DNA of 64,000 nt from Candidatus Latescibacterota bacterium (GCA_965261395.1 OZ253462.1:6400001-6464000), one strand, 5' to 3'; shown: positions 10,434 through 21,510, counted from the first letter of the stretch. Notes: generated by a model not told the origin, from the letters alone. Numbers and translations: made by a program.

Positions 10434-10892
10434 ATGTGTTCCAACAACATCGACATCCAGTTCGAGACGTACAAGCTTCACGCCGAGCTTGCAGAGCGGG
10501 TAGCCCATATCAGAGAGAGCCTGAACAGGTTGTATTCGGGCATGGTCGTCGGTCTCGTTGCAGCGATGGTCCTCGTGAACCGACTCGCTACAGGAACGGA
10601 GAACCGACTCGCTATAGAGACGGATATAACTTGGTTGTTTTACGCACTTGGTGCTGTGATATCTATAACGTGGATGCTCTCGATACATTCGGTGAGGGGC
10701 CGGCTGAAGGCAAAGCACGCCGTTTTGGTGGCCCTGGAGGATAAGCTACCATTCAAATTTCTGCGCCAAGAAGAAGAGGAGTACAACAAGGGGTGTTTGG
10801 TCTTGAGAAGGTCGTGGTCAGGGGTGGTGATGCCGTCGCTCTTATTAATCTATTGCATCGTGCAGCTAATTCAATATTTTTTCTGCGGCTGA
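10434..10892 (+). CDS. Multi-pass membrane protein, RipA-like (putative oligomeric pore effector)
   Basis: FETYKLHAELAERVAHIRESLNRLY, then TM-TM, then WMLSIHSVRGRLKAKHAVLVALEDKLPF, then TM. ATG at 10434 lies 17 nt after the TIR stop, with a GAGG RBS. Confidence 0.65.
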   Translation: MCSNNIDIQFETYKLHAELAERVAHIRESLNRLYSGMVVGLVAAMVLVNRLATGTENRLAIETDITWLFYALGAVISITWMLSIHSVRGRLKAKHAVLVALEDKLPFKFLRQEEEEYNKGCLVLRRSWSGVVMPSLLLIYCIVQLIQYFFCG

Positions 10893-11411
10893 GGCGAGAA
10901 GCACCCACACAGGCACAAAACAGCAAAAATCGCGGTCGGGGGCCGTCGATTGGGACATGCCCCCCCTCGATTTCCTACCCGCGCTCCATCCTCTGCCCTG
11001 CCGCTGGCCGCGCCCCAGGCCCTACCGCCGCCGTCCCGACCACTCACCGACCCCACCAGCCCACCGCCCCACGCCGCGCTAGCTAGCCGAGGCCGTCCCC
11101 GCGCTGTCCGCGCCGCTCCCACCAACCCCATGCACCGCACCGGCCCAACCCTCGCCAGTGCCGCCGATCCGCGCCGAGGTCGCCCACCGTGCCCCCGTCG
11201 AGGCCGTCCGCCGCTGGCCGTCCGCCGCCGTCCCGATCCCGACCGCCCCGCTTCGCCCCCCATCAAGCCCGTCGAACCGGCCCGCAAAGAAAGTTCTTGA
11301 CTTGCTCAAATCACTCCATATATCCCAAAGTATCCGCCCTGTTGGTGGTGTGCCTGATCGCGTTTAACGAGCCTGCACCGCGTTGGATCCACCCCGAACC
11401 CCGAGAGCCGC

Positions 11412-11684
11412 TGTAACGCCGTCTAATCGACGAGCGGCCCAAGACGCCCGAACACACCGGCCAGCCCGAGGACGTGGGCGAGCGACGCAAAAGCGCGACG
11501 GGATTGGGTAAAGTTGCCGCTCAGAGCGTTTCCGCCGGCGTCCGCGATCGGCCGCAGCTCGGGGCCCAGCTCGTAACCTGCTTATTCCCGCCGATCCACC
11601 GCCCCAGACGCCGCCAGACGTAGCCGGCCGCCTCGATGCCAGCGACACCCCCGGACGCCGGCGCACGGCTCAGACGGCGTTACA
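11412..11684. mobile_element. Putative non-autonomous element or IS remnant with 13-bp perfect terminal inverted repeats (TGTAACGCCGTCT)
   Basis: 11412-11424 and 11672-11684 are exact reverse complements with TG...CA ends. No credible ORF inside and no target duplication seen. Confidence 0.45.
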
Positions 11685-14152
11685 TCACCCCAAGGTCGCT
11701 TCAACTCTGTGCCGCACGGTACGATCAACGCAGTAGGGTGAGCTTGCGCGTCAGGACGCCCTCGGTCGTTACCAGCCTATATAGGTAGATGCCGCTGGCC
11801 AGGGGGCGGCCCTCCTCGTCCTGGGCATTCCAGTGGAGGCGGTGATAGCCGGCCTGCTGCGGTCCTTGGCGTAAGACCGCCACCCGCTGCCCGATCACCG
11901 AGAACAGTTCTAGGCGCGTCGGCCCCGATTTCGGCAGGAAGTAGGAGAGGACCGTCTCGCTGTTGAACGGGTTGGGCACGTTCTGCTCAAGCTGCACCGT
12001 AGTTGGCTGGGCGGCTAGCGGCTTGGCACTGCCTTGTTCGATCTCGAAACGAAGGATCTCGGTAAAGTCCGCCAAGAACTTGTTTTGAGCTTTGTCCCAT
12101 ACCGTCATCTCAGCCAGCCCCCAAGTTCCAGGGACACTGCCTACCGGCAAGGTGATGGTGTACTCATACGTCTCGTACACCGTCGGATCGCCTTCAAAAT
12201 AGACCTTGTAATAGTCGTGCCGGTGATGCCTAAAAAAATGCTCTACGCCTTGGGGATCGCGTAAGTACATGTCGGTAGACCGATAGCCGCTGATATTGTC
12301 TTTGACTTTGAAGGTGATATCGACCCTCGTCTCTCCATTGGGAGTCTCCTTGTTAGTCGGTTCAGCCTCAATCGTGATGTTGTTTAGGTCGAGTGTGGGC
12401 CGTTGAGTATCCGGAGTGGTCGTCTGGATAGTGATAGAGGCCGGTTCTTCGTCAATGACTCGTTGCTCTTCTCTTAGCCCGTGTCCTGGATGGGTGAAGT
12501 ACACGCCACGGCCGTTGAGTGCAATATCTTCCATTATTATATAGTTGAGTTTCCACACGCCGCTGGGGAAGTAATCAGGAACCACCATATCAACAGAAGC
12601 GATCCCCGTTGCATGATCATAATCGCCCCAATTTTCTGAACGACGAGAAGCGGTCTCGGCGTCCCCATCGTTGAGCTGAGCCAACACTCCGTTTATGCCA
12701 TTGGCCTCAAAAAGCTTCCATTGAGCGGTCAATATCTGATACGGCCTCCCCGCTTCGGTGGCATCCCTGAGAGATAGCTCCATCGAATTCTTGACATAGA
12801 CCGGGGGGTCGGTGTCGGCGAGTGGATTGTCAATATACAACTTCCAACCAAAATCGGCCTGCGATTCGTGTCGTTCGTTGCCATGTCGGTCTGTAAGCGT
12901 GATCTGATCGGGTCGCCAGTAGCCATCAGCGATATACTTGGAAAGCGTGATCCTCCCGCGCAAGATATAGCCTATTTCAATGCGCCGGCCGTTGGTATCA
13001 ACAGGATCAAGCCAAAGATCAAAGAAGGTGCCTTTATCGCTGAAGATCCTCAGTTGAGACGCATCGACCAAGTCCAAGTCGCCCTCTTGGTGAAGCTCAA
13101 TTTCTATCGTTATCTCTTTATCTTCCTCCGGCTCGCCCTCGACTTGTATATCAACGCGCACGATTCGCCCCGGGTACACCACATCGGGATACAGATTGTA
13201 CACCTCAAAGGTCAGATCCTCACGAATCCGTGAGATATAGCGCGTCCCATGCATGATCCTGTTCTGTATGAACTCATACTTGGCGGGCGCTCTTGAGCGC
13301 AGCTTATCCGGCGTTACGATATAATAGCTGATGCTCTCGGCCATGTCCTCATCGGGATTTTTTGCATGGGCATAGGCAGAGACAAACTCGGTCTGCTTGG
13401 TCGTAGACCATCCCTCCTGGTCGCGCGAGCTGGCGAAACTTGCAGGGCCACCGGCTGAGGGTGCACAGCCTTGCTCAAGGACATCGAACAAGGATCCCGA
13501 TAAGAGGACCTCTTGACAGCGAGTGTCCTCTTCTTGCCCCTGGTCGGCTATGTTGCCATCGCTTTTATACCACCCTCCTAATTCGATCCAGTCTTGCTTG
13601 AGCTGCTCATCAAACAGATGCTCCCAGAGAAAGTGTGCCTTCTCGTGAAGGATCAAGCGGTGCATATAGGCTGGCCCAGACTCTTTGAAAGCTGATTCCA
13701 TGAACTCGATATAGCCTTCGGTTGTCCATGCCACCGCCGGCGCAGCGGGATAAAGAGGATGGGGTGTCCCATCTAGCCGGCGAACCAAGTAATTCAGACC
13801 GGCCGTATGACGCATTCCACTGGGAAACTCTTCCAGCATGGAGGCAATCGAAATCAGCTCTTCATTCTTGAATTCGGCGAAACGGCTCGAAGACTCCTTT
13901 GTCGTATTCTTTGTCAGCTCACGATAGTCCGGCACGTTCAAGCTGATGGCATAGCGCTCTTGCAATATACGTTCCAGCGCATGTCGATCGGAGCCATTAT
14001 CCGTTACAAACCGGACTACAGCACGATGGAGTCTTTTAGAAAAGAAACGCCCACGAACCCCTTCTATTTCAGCTAAAAGAGGTTCGGCGTAGGTGAAAGC
14101 CTCTCGGGCAACCGTTACGCGCCGTTGCCCATCCTCTACTGTGATCTGAATA

Positions 14153-15337
14153 GGCTTTGGTGCATGAATTGGTGTTTTTTTCGGTTGATCGGTTGAATAA
14201 AAACAGGCTCCTCAGTAGATTGAGCACGACTTTCGCCAAAAAACCCATGCTTTCTCGTCCAAGGAACCTGTCATGGCCAACCTATCGTCTTGCCCCTCTT
14301 CCGTCAAGCCTGGTCGCTCGCCTCGCCGTCGCTCCAACGTCGTGTACCGGGTACGTAATTGGGCCGACTATGAGGCCGGGCTGCAACAGCGCGGTAGTCT
14401 GACGGTGTGGTTCACGCCCCAGGCCGTCGAAGCTTGGTATTATCAAGGGCCGCCTCAGCGGGGGGCGCAATATACCTTTTCGGAGGTCGCCATCCAAACG
14501 GCGTTGACGCTGCGTCTTTTGTATCACTTGCCCCTACGCCAAACCGAGGGGTTTGTCGCTTCGGTGTTGGCCCTGATGGGCTTGGATCTGCGGGTGCCCG
14601 ATCACACGACCCTGTCGCGCCGTCAGGCGGGTTTAGCCGTGGCGTGGCCGCCCCAGCGGGGAGACCAACCGATGCACTTGGTGGTGGATTCGACCGGGCT
14701 GAAAGTGTATGGCGAAGGCGAATGGAAGGTGCGTCAGCACGGCTGGAGCAAGCGGCGCACGTGGCGCAAATTGCACCTCGGGGTTAATGAAGCCACCGGC
14801 GAGATCGTCGCGCAGACCTTGACGACGAATAGCCACGATGATGCGGGGCAGGTGGAGCCGTTGCTGGCACAGATCGAGGCCCCCGTGGAGGCGTTGGGCG
14901 GCGATGGGGCCTATGACAAACGCAAGGTGTTCAAGGCGTTGGCCGCGCCCGAGCAGGGGGCACCTATTCATCCGATCATTCCGCCGCGCAAGGACGCCAA
15001 AATCGAGCAACATGGCAACACCAACGCCGAGCCGTTGCCCCGCGATGAGACGATTCGAGCCATCCGCAAACGGGGCCGTCGAGGTTGGAAACACGAGAGC
15101 GGCTATCATCGACGCTCGGTAGCCGAAACGCAGATAGGCCGCTACAAACAGATACTTGGTGACACCTTGCGCACCCGAACCCTAACCAACCAACAGACCG
15201 AAGCGCGGTTGGGCTGTGCCTTGCTCAACCGGATGCGGGCGTTGGCGAAACCTGAGTCCTATCCGCTAACCAAAAAAGCGTAAATCACACGCGAAAGAAG
15301 CCAACACGGCCCCGACCGGTTTTCATGCAACAAAGCC
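14153..15337 (+). mobile_element. IS5 family (IS903 group) insertion sequence
   Basis: TIRs GGCTTTGGTGCATGAA / TTCATGCAACAAAGCC. 9-bp target duplication ATCTGAATA at 14144-14152 and 15338-15346. Confidence 0.95.
14273..15283 (+). CDS. IS5/IS903-group transposase
   Basis: RNWADYEAGLQQRGSLTVW, DSTGLKVYGEGEW, WRKLHLG, GDGAYD, GYHRRSVAE. Confidence 0.95.
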   Translation: MANLSSCPSSVKPGRSPRRRSNVVYRVRNWADYEAGLQQRGSLTVWFTPQAVEAWYYQGPPQRGAQYTFSEVAIQTALTLRLLYHLPLRQTEGFVASVLALMGLDLRVPDHTTLSRRQAGLAVAWPPQRGDQPMHLVVDSTGLKVYGEGEWKVRQHGWSKRRTWRKLHLGVNEATGEIVAQTLTTNSHDDAGQVEPLLAQIEAPVEALGGDGAYDKRKVFKALAAPEQGAPIHPIIPPRKDAKIEQHGNTNAEPLPRDETIRAIRKRGRRGWKHESGYHRRSVAETQIGRYKQILGDTLRTRTLTNQQTEARLGCALLNRMRALAKPESYPLTKKA

Positions 15338-15775
15338 ATCTGAATATCATGCTCTATATGGTCATCGCTTAATTCCCAAAAGGAAGGGACTACTTGGGGT
15401 TCATCCTCGTAAGAATCATTAGTATCCTGTGGTATAGATTCAAAAGTTCGCATCAAGCTATAGGCTTCTTGGGCCGTCCATGCGGTATCAAGATGGACAG
15501 AGTATTCCATCCTTAATTGCAAGGATGCACTGTGCGAAGTAACGTCCACGACTTCATCTAAAAGCTCTACCTGTACCGGCTCGATAAGGCTTGCGCTTTC
15601 AGTGCCGGAGATCGTCTCATCTATCTCCCAATGGTACGTATAGGCTTCGCTTTGGGAGGCTAAGACGCCAGACGCCAACGAGAAAACAACTGCGAGAGTG
15701 CGTATCATACTCAACCTGCTGTGTGATGGGTGATTAGCATGGACTTCTTGCCAAGATAGGAGATTCCCCTGTTAA

Positions 15776-16017
15776 GAAGCTGTCTGAAAACCCCTAGTGG
15801 CTTCGCGCGGCTGCAAAGCGGTGGTCGGAACACGCCCGGAATTCCCAGACAGCTTCCTAACAGACACAAGTCAAAAAGAAAAACGTGTGCAAAATACATA
15901 GAAAAACGTGTGCATACAAACATATAAGCTTAGGAACTCCGAAAAACAAGAACGCTCCATTCTAGGGATTCTCGACCACTGCTCAACACGGTCCGCCGGG
16001 AGTTTTCAGACAGCTTC
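15776..16017. mobile_element. MITE with 16-bp TIRs (GAAGCTGTCTGAAAAC) and TAA target duplication; internal extra right end at 15846-15856
   Basis: Perfect inverted repeats 15776-15791 / 16002-16017, flanked by TAA at 15773-15775 and 16018-16020. No transposase inside. Confidence 0.75.
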
Positions 16018-16048
16018 TAAGACAACGGCCAACCCAAAATAATTCATA

Positions 16049-16229
16049 GACCCATATTTATCCCAATGAACAGAAAGCCCCAAAGGGGCCGGGCCTGTTC
16101 ACGTTCCCACAGAGTTGTCAAGGAAAGTCTGCCTATTTACCTAGACAAAGGGAGCTACCCTCGTCGGATTCAAGGCTCTTGTATTTAGCAGAGGACCCGA
16201 CGAATCGGGACTCTGTGAGGAACATGAAC
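16049..16229 (-). ncRNA. Candidate structured leader RNA, copy B (family unassigned)
   Basis: Homologous to 22850-23037. The 5' end GUUCAUGUUCCUCACAGAG pairs with CUCUGUGGGAACGUGAAC. A sigma70-like promoter ends 6 nt upstream. Confidence 0.65.
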
Positions 16230-16235
16230 GTGTTA

Positions 16236-16264
16236 AGGGTACTAGCCGTTGTACAAAAAATCAA
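16236..16264 (-). promoter_or_regulatory. sigma70-like promoter (TTGATT-17-TACCCT) for RNA copy B
   Basis: Same 6-nt distance to the first stem base as the promoter of copy A. Confidence 0.5.
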
Positions 16265-16413
16265 GTTCTAACACACTTACTCTAAATTTCAAAATAGCCC
16301 ACTACCCAATTTCACTATAGCAACCCTGAAAGACTTGAACGATTCGAGATGCGGAGCGTCTTGTTTCTACTATTCTGCGTCCATCTGCGTCCATCTGCGG
16401 ATACAAAACGCAA

Positions 16414-17094
16414 CTACGCCAGCTTCTCGTCAGAAGCAATGCGCCCGTCGTGGATGCGGATCAGCCGCTTGGCCTGTAGGGCAATGACGGGATCGTGGGT
16501 CACCAACAGCACGGTGTTGCCCTCGTCTTGCAAGGTATCGAAGAGAATCATGATCTCCTCGCCGGTGCTAGAGTCGAGGTTGCCAGTCGGCTCGTCGGCC
16601 AACAGCAGCGAAGGTCCGTTGGCTAAGGCGCGGGCAATGGCCACCCGCTGACATTGGCCGCCGGACAGCTCAGTCGGGCGGTGCGTCATGCGGTCGGCCA
16701 AACCAACCCGCTCCAGCGCCTGCATCGCCCGTTCACGGCGCACCTTGCGGCGTTGGCCATTGTAAATCAGCGGCAGCTCGACGTTTTGCAGGGCCGATGC
16801 GCGCGGCAGCAAATTGAAGGTCTGGAAGATGAAGCCAACGCGGCTGTTGCGCACTTCGGCCAGCTCGTTGGCATTCATCCGCGACACATCCGTGCCGTCC
16901 ATGCGATACGTCCCATCCGTGGGCGAGTCCAAGCAGCCGAGGATGTTCATCAGCGTGGATTTGCCCGAGCCAGAAGGCCCCATCAGCGCGACGTATTCAT
17001 TGTCCCCAATCGCCAAATCCACCTCCCGCAAGGCATGGACCTCTTCGGTTCCACGCACGTAAACCTTGCTAATGCCATTCAGTTCGATCAGCAC
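16414..17094 (-). CDS. ABC transporter ATP-binding protein (MacB/LolD type)
   Basis: [35 protein letters not shown]. Likely GTG start at 17094 with GGAG RBS. Confidence 0.95.
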   Translation of the reverse strand: MLIELNGISKVYVRGTEEVHALREVDLAIGDNEYVALMGPSGSGKSTLMNILGCLDSPTDGTYRMDGTDVSRMNANELAEVRNSRVGFIFQTFNLLPRASALQNVELPLIYNGQRRKVRRERAMQALERVGLADRMTHRPTELSGGQCQRVAIARALANGPSLLLADEPTGNLDSSTGEEIMILFDTLQDEGNTVLLVTHDPVIALQAKRLIRIHDGRIASDEKLA

Positions 17095-17098
17095 GAGA

Positions 17099-18322
17099 TC
17101 ACTCCGAGCGCAAAGCATCCACCGGATCGAGCCGCGAGGCGCGGGCCGCCGGATAGATGCCAAAGAAAAGGCCAATCGCAATGGACAGGGCCAGCACCAG
17201 CAGCGTGGCCTCTGGCGAAACAATGCTGGGAAAGTTCAATTCGCTGTAATGGGAAATGACGCGCGCAATGCCCTCGCCCAACCCGTATCCCGCAGCCACC
17301 CCCAGCGCTCCCCCCGTCAAGCTCAAGGCCATCGCCTCGATCACGAATTGCCACAGCAGCGTCACCGGCTTGGCACCGAGGGCCTTGCGGATGCCAATCT
17401 CGCGGGTGCGCTCGGCCACCGACACCAGCAAGATGTTCATAATGCCAATGCCCCCGACCAAAAGCGAAATCCCCGCAATCCCACCCACGACCAACTTCAA
17501 CAGCAAAATGGTCTGCTCGACCTGCTCGAGGATGCTGCGGCCGCTGATGATCTGATAGCTAGCCTCTGGGCCGTGGCGCTTTTTGAGCGCCTTTTCAATG
17601 GCAGTGGTAATGTGGGGAACGTCTTCTTGCTCCTTGGCGTGAGCTACCAAGCCTTGGATGAACTTGTTGCCGGCGAGGCGTCGCTGGGCCGTCGTCACCG
17701 GCACCAGCACTTGGTCTCCCCAATCCTCGCCAAAGGTCAGGCGATCCTCCATGAGGCCGACGACCGTAAAGCGCTGGCCGTTGAGCTTGAGCTCGCGGCC
17801 CAAAAAGGGAGCCAAGCCAAACACCTCCTCGCGCACCTTTTGCCCAATCACGCAGACCCGGCGCAGCTTGTCCAAGTCGGCGTTGATCAGGAAGCGACCC
17901 TCGGCCACCTGCCAGTTGTACACCTCGGCGAACTTGGGCAAGGTCCCGGCCGCCCTGCTCTGGTAGCTGGCCTTGCGATAGCGCAGATTGGCCCCATGCG
18001 TCATAGAGGGCAGGACCGCGGCTAAGCGGTCGGAGGACTGCTCGACTACGCGCAGGTCGTCCAAGGTCAAGGGCTTATAGCGGGGGTTGGGCACCCAGCG
18101 GCCGTCCTTGAGCTGCATGTATTGCGGCGTAATCATCACGAACTGCGCCCCGCCCAGCTTGCCAAACTCGTCAATGACAAACTGCCGCATCCCCTCGCCA
18201 ATGGACACGATGCCGACGACCGCGCCGACCCCAATCATCATGCCCAGCAAGGTCAGCGCCGTGCGCAGCTTGTTGACCCATATTTGCCCGAGGGCAATGC
18301 GGATGGCTTCGAGGAAGATCAC
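17099..18322 (-). CDS. ABC transporter permease (MacB/FtsX family)
   Basis: [16 protein letters not shown]...[28 protein letters not shown]...[15 protein letters not shown]. Confidence 0.95.
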   Translation of the reverse strand: MIFLEAIRIALGQIWVNKLRTALTLLGMMIGVGAVVGIVSIGEGMRQFVIDEFGKLGGAQFVMITPQYMQLKDGRWVPNPRYKPLTLDDLRVVEQSSDRLAAVLPSMTHGANLRYRKASYQSRAAGTLPKFAEVYNWQVAEGRFLINADLDKLRRVCVIGQKVREEVFGLAPFLGRELKLNGQRFTVVGLMEDRLTFGEDWGDQVLVPVTTAQRRLAGNKFIQGLVAHAKEQEDVPHITTAIEKALKKRHGPEASYQIISGRSILEQVEQTILLLKLVVGGIAGISLLVGGIGIMNILLVSVAERTREIGIRKALGAKPVTLLWQFVIEAMALSLTGGALGVAAGYGLGEGIARVISHYSELNFPSIVSPEATLLVLALSIAIGLFFGIYPAARASRLDPVDALRSE

Positions 18323-19548
18323 GAGCGGCGCAGCGCTTCTACCGGATCGAGCCGGGCAGCGCGAAAAGCGGGATAGACGCCAAAGAAGATGCCCACCGCC
18401 GATGAAAAGCCGACGGCCCAGAGCACGGACTCAGCCGAGACAATGCTGGTAAAAGGCGCACCGGGCGCGAGCTGCTGAATGACGAAGGCCGCTCCCAAGC
18501 CAAAGCCGAAGCCGGTGAGGATGCCCAACAGACCGCCGACCATGCTCAAGACTACGGCCTCGGCGAGGAACTGGCCGAGGATGTGGCGCGGCTTGGCACC
18601 GAGAGCTTTGCGGATGCCAATCTCGCGGGTGCGCTCGGCCACCGACACCAGCAAGATGTTCATAATGCCAATGCCGCCGACCAACAGCGAAATCCCCGCA
18701 ATCCCACCGCCCACTTGCTGCAGGACGCGGAAGAACTCATTGGCGTCGTCTATCTGCCCCTCGCTGGTTTCCACCTCAAAGGCGTCGCCGTGCTCGTGGT
18801 GCCGCCGGAGGACGCGGCGCACCGCAGCGACGACCCGCGCAACGGCATCCAAATCCTCGACGAAAAGCGTGAGTTCCGAAAAGTGATCCACGCCTTGCAG
18901 CCGCTTTTGGGCCGTGGTGTACGGGACCAATACGATATTGCCCTCACTTCTGCCAAAGCGGACGCGCTCGTCGAGCACGCCAACGACCACGTAGCGGTCG
19001 CCGTTGAGTAGGATCTCCTTACCCAGCGGGTTGGCCCCCTGAAAGAGGCTTCCATACACATCGTCACCGAGCAGGCAGACCTTGCGGGCGAGGCGCAAGT
19101 CGTCCGCGCTCAGCGGCCGGCCACCGAGCACGGGCCAGTTGAAGCCCTCGTTGAACGCAGCGGATGTGCCTGTATAGCTCGCATCCACGGTGGTTTTGCC
19201 GCGCTGTAGCGCGGCACTGCCTTGAATCACGGGCACGAGCGCGTGCAACCCGTCGATTTCCCGCTGCATGGCCGCCATGTCGGCCTCGGTCAAGTACTCC
19301 TGCCAAGGCCGTCGCACCCAGCGGCCATCCTTGCGCACCCACTGGCGCGGCGGCTCCACCTGGATCATGCCCGCCCCGCCGCTGAAGATAAACTGCGAGA
19401 TCACTTGGCGGCGCAGCCCCTCCCCGAGCGACACCACCGCAATAATAGCCGCCACGCCAATGACAATGCCCAACAGCGTCAACAGCGAACGCAACTTATG
19501 CGCCCGGAGCTGGCCCAAGCCAGCGAAGAGGGGTTCGAGAACGGTCAT
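18319..19548 (-). CDS. ABC transporter permease (MacB/FtsX family)
   Basis: Same MacB_PCD plus FtsX motifs; paralog of the adjacent permease. Confidence 0.95.
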   Translation of the reverse strand: MTVLEPLFAGLGQLRAHKLRSLLTLLGIVIGVAAIIAVVSLGEGLRRQVISQFIFSGGAGMIQVEPPRQWVRKDGRWVRRPWQEYLTEADMAAMQREIDGLHALVPVIQGSAALQRGKTTVDASYTGTSAAFNEGFNWPVLGGRPLSADDLRLARKVCLLGDDVYGSLFQGANPLGKEILLNGDRYVVVGVLDERVRFGRSEGNIVLVPYTTAQKRLQGVDHFSELTLFVEDLDAVARVVAAVRRVLRRHHEHGDAFEVETSEGQIDDANEFFRVLQQVGGGIAGISLLVGGIGIMNILLVSVAERTREIGIRKALGAKPRHILGQFLAEAVVLSMVGGLLGILTGFGFGLGAAFVIQQLAPGAPFTSIVSAESVLWAVGFSSAVGIFFGVYPAFRAARLDPVEALRRS

Positions 19549-20837
19549 TAGCGTTCCTCGTCCTGCTCCTGCTCCTCGTCCTCGTCCTCGTCCTTCTGCT
19601 CCAGTTTGCTGCGAATGACGCTTGGGTCTTCAGCGACGCGGTCGCCACTGGCTAGGCCGGAGAGGATTTCGAGGCGGGTTGAGGTCTCAATGCCGATGGC
19701 TAGTTCCACCTCGGCGAAGGCGCTGAGAGGTAGTTGAAACGCGCTGTCTGGACGCGTGCTGTCCGGAACGGCGGCTAGCGAATCCGGCGACTGAGCGAGA
19801 TACGCGACAAAGCGGCCGCTCGTGCCCTCGCGCTCGTCTTCTTTGTCCTCGTCGTCAAAAACCTCCAGCACCCGCTCAACCGGCAGGTACACCGCGCTGT
19901 CGCGCCGCGCAAAGAGAATGTCGATGTCGCAGGACATGCCCTGGCGCAGGCGCGGCGCGTTGTCGGTAATCTCGATCTCGGTGTCAAAGGTGACGATGGT
20001 ACTGCCCTGCTTCTGCTGGCCCACGGGCGCAATCCAGCGCACCCGGCCGCTATACGCGGTGTCGGGATACGCATCCACGACAATGTCCACGTCTTGGCCG
20101 ACCTGCACCCGGCCAATGTCGATTTCCGCGATGTCGCCGCGCACGATCATCTGGCTGGGATCGCCGATTTCAAAGAGTACCGTTCCGCCCGAATACGACG
20201 AAAGCCCAGAGGCCACCACCTCGCCCACCTCTACGTCGCGGCGGATGACGATGCCGTCGATCGGGGCGAGGATGCGCACCTCGTCGAGCGCGACTTGGTC
20301 TGGCCCGAGTTGGTCGCTGTGCAGGTTGGCCTTGGCTTCGAGCATGTCGAGTTCGAGCTGGGCCAAGCGCAGGCTGGTGCGCACGCGCGTCAGACGCACC
20401 TCGGCTTCCTCAAATTGCTTGGCCGGCACCATCTTGCTGTCGAAGAGGGCCTTCTGGCGCGCGAAGTTGCGCTCCTCTTCCGCCAAGTTGATCTTGCCCT
20501 GCTCCACGTTCGAGCGCTTCTGATATAATTGCAGCGATTGATTGGGGTCTGGCTCGATGACCACCATCAGCTCACCCGTCTCCACCCACGCGCCGGCCTC
20601 TATGGGCAGGTCGCGGATTTCGCCGGCAATCGTCGATTTGACCTCCACGGTCCGCACCAACTCAATGCGACCCGTTTCGGCTAGCTTATCGACGACCGCG
20701 CCCCGCTCGACTAGCTCCGTGGCATAGGTCTCTTCGGTCTTCTCCTGCCGTAAGTTGAAATAGACCGCGGCCCCAACTGAGCCGGCCAAGAGCAAGAAGA
20801 CGAGGAGCTTCAAGAGGCCGCGCTTCTTGGTCGCCAC
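19548..20837 (-). CDS. Efflux periplasmic adaptor subunit (MacA/HlyD family)
   Basis: N-terminal TM anchor, IxAPIDGIV lipoyl half-motif, LRQGMS, LEILSGLASGD. Likely GTG start at 20837 after GGAGG. Confidence 0.9.
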   Translation of the reverse strand: MATKKRGLLKLLVFLLLAGSVGAAVYFNLRQEKTEETYATELVERGAVVDKLAETGRIELVRTVEVKSTIAGEIRDLPIEAGAWVETGELMVVIEPDPNQSLQLYQKRSNVEQGKINLAEEERNFARQKALFDSKMVPAKQFEEAEVRLTRVRTSLRLAQLELDMLEAKANLHSDQLGPDQVALDEVRILAPIDGIVIRRDVEVGEVVASGLSSYSGGTVLFEIGDPSQMIVRGDIAEIDIGRVQVGQDVDIVVDAYPDTAYSGRVRWIAPVGQQKQGSTIVTFDTEIEITDNAPRLRQGMSCDIDILFARRDSAVYLPVERVLEVFDDEDKEDEREGTSGRFVAYLAQSPDSLAAVPDSTRPDSAFQLPLSAFAEVELAIGIETSTRLEILSGLASGDRVAEDPSVIRSKLEQKDEDEDEEQEQDEER

Positions 20838-20838
20838 A

Positions 20839-21510
20839 TCAACCTCCAGGTCCGAGGGTGCTGAAGAATGCGCCGACGGCGAGGAAGATAAGCGTGATGG
20901 CCGCAACGCCTGCATAGGCGCGGCTGCGCTCTACCTGCCCGATGATAGCTAGCCCGAGGCCAGCGATGACCACCATCCAGATGCCAAAGGGATCAATGGA
21001 ACTCAATAAAGCTCCCCCGAAACTTTTTCGGGCCTCCTCGGAGAGAAACATCCCCAGCCCTATTTGTACCTTCATCGTCTCATTGGCTAAGACCAGCGGC
21101 GTCTTGACAATATGCTGGAGAATGGCAATCAGCGACGTGTACGCGACGATGACCAAGCACTGACCATAGCCGAGCAGGCCGCCGAGTAATCTACCTACCA
21201 AGAGGTAGATCGCAGCACCAATAAAGAGCATGACAAACGTCATAATCGGCGCGGCAATTAGCGAACTGACCTTTATGGCGGTTTGAGCTCCCTCCCGCTG
21301 GTCTGCGGGCATCTGCTGCGTCATCTCGGCCAATTGGACAGGTATGGTTAAATACGTGGAGATGAAGATCACCACCGCGACTAGCGCGGTCGGCACCAGC
21401 CAGTCGGCAGCACTGCGCTGCTCGCTTACGGCCTCAAAGGTCTCGGATGGAGCGTAGAAGACGCGCAACATGCGGCCGACGACGCTCATTTCTGCTTGGG
21501 GAGCTTCCAT
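20839..21510 (-). CDS. Yip1-family membrane protein
   Basis: VFYAPSETFEAV start, about 5 TM helices, SIDPFGIW motif; first gene of the ABC operon. Confidence 0.75.
   Translation of the reverse strand: MEAPQAEMSVVGRMLRVFYAPSETFEAVSEQRSAADWLVPTALVAVVIFISTYLTIPVQLAEMTQQMPADQREGAQTAIKVSSLIAAPIMTFVMLFIGAAIYLLVGRLLGGLLGYGQCLVIVAYTSLIAILQHIVKTPLVLANETMKVQIGLGMFLSEEARKSFGGALLSSIDPFGIWMVVIAGLGLAIIGQVERSRAYAGVAAITLIFLAVGAFFSTLGPGG

Larger units (their letters stand above)
11725..15708 (-). pseudogene. Secreted HExxH zinc-metalloprotease-like protein with C-terminal FlgD-Ig/T9SS-like sorting domain, interrupted by an IS5-family element (~929 aa when reconstructed)
   Basis: Signal peptide MIRTLAVVFSLASGVLA. 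Removing the IS and one target duplication restores the frame ...HIEHDIQITVEDGQRRV...LERILQERY. Motifs LILHEKAH and EDMAES. C-terminus QNVPNPFN...WNAQDEEGRPLASGIYLYRL...KLTLLR. Confidence 0.85.

Noticed and set aside
10871-11416. Pro/Arg-rich ORFs in the C-rich tract (similarly at 2525-3142)
   Set aside because: Low-complexity, strand-skewed sequence with overlapping ORFs in all frames and no RBS or recognisable domain.
16374-16400. Short tandem repeat (TCTGCGTCCA) x2.6 as a functional element
   Set aside because: Too short and isolated to support any call beyond a common intergenic repeat.
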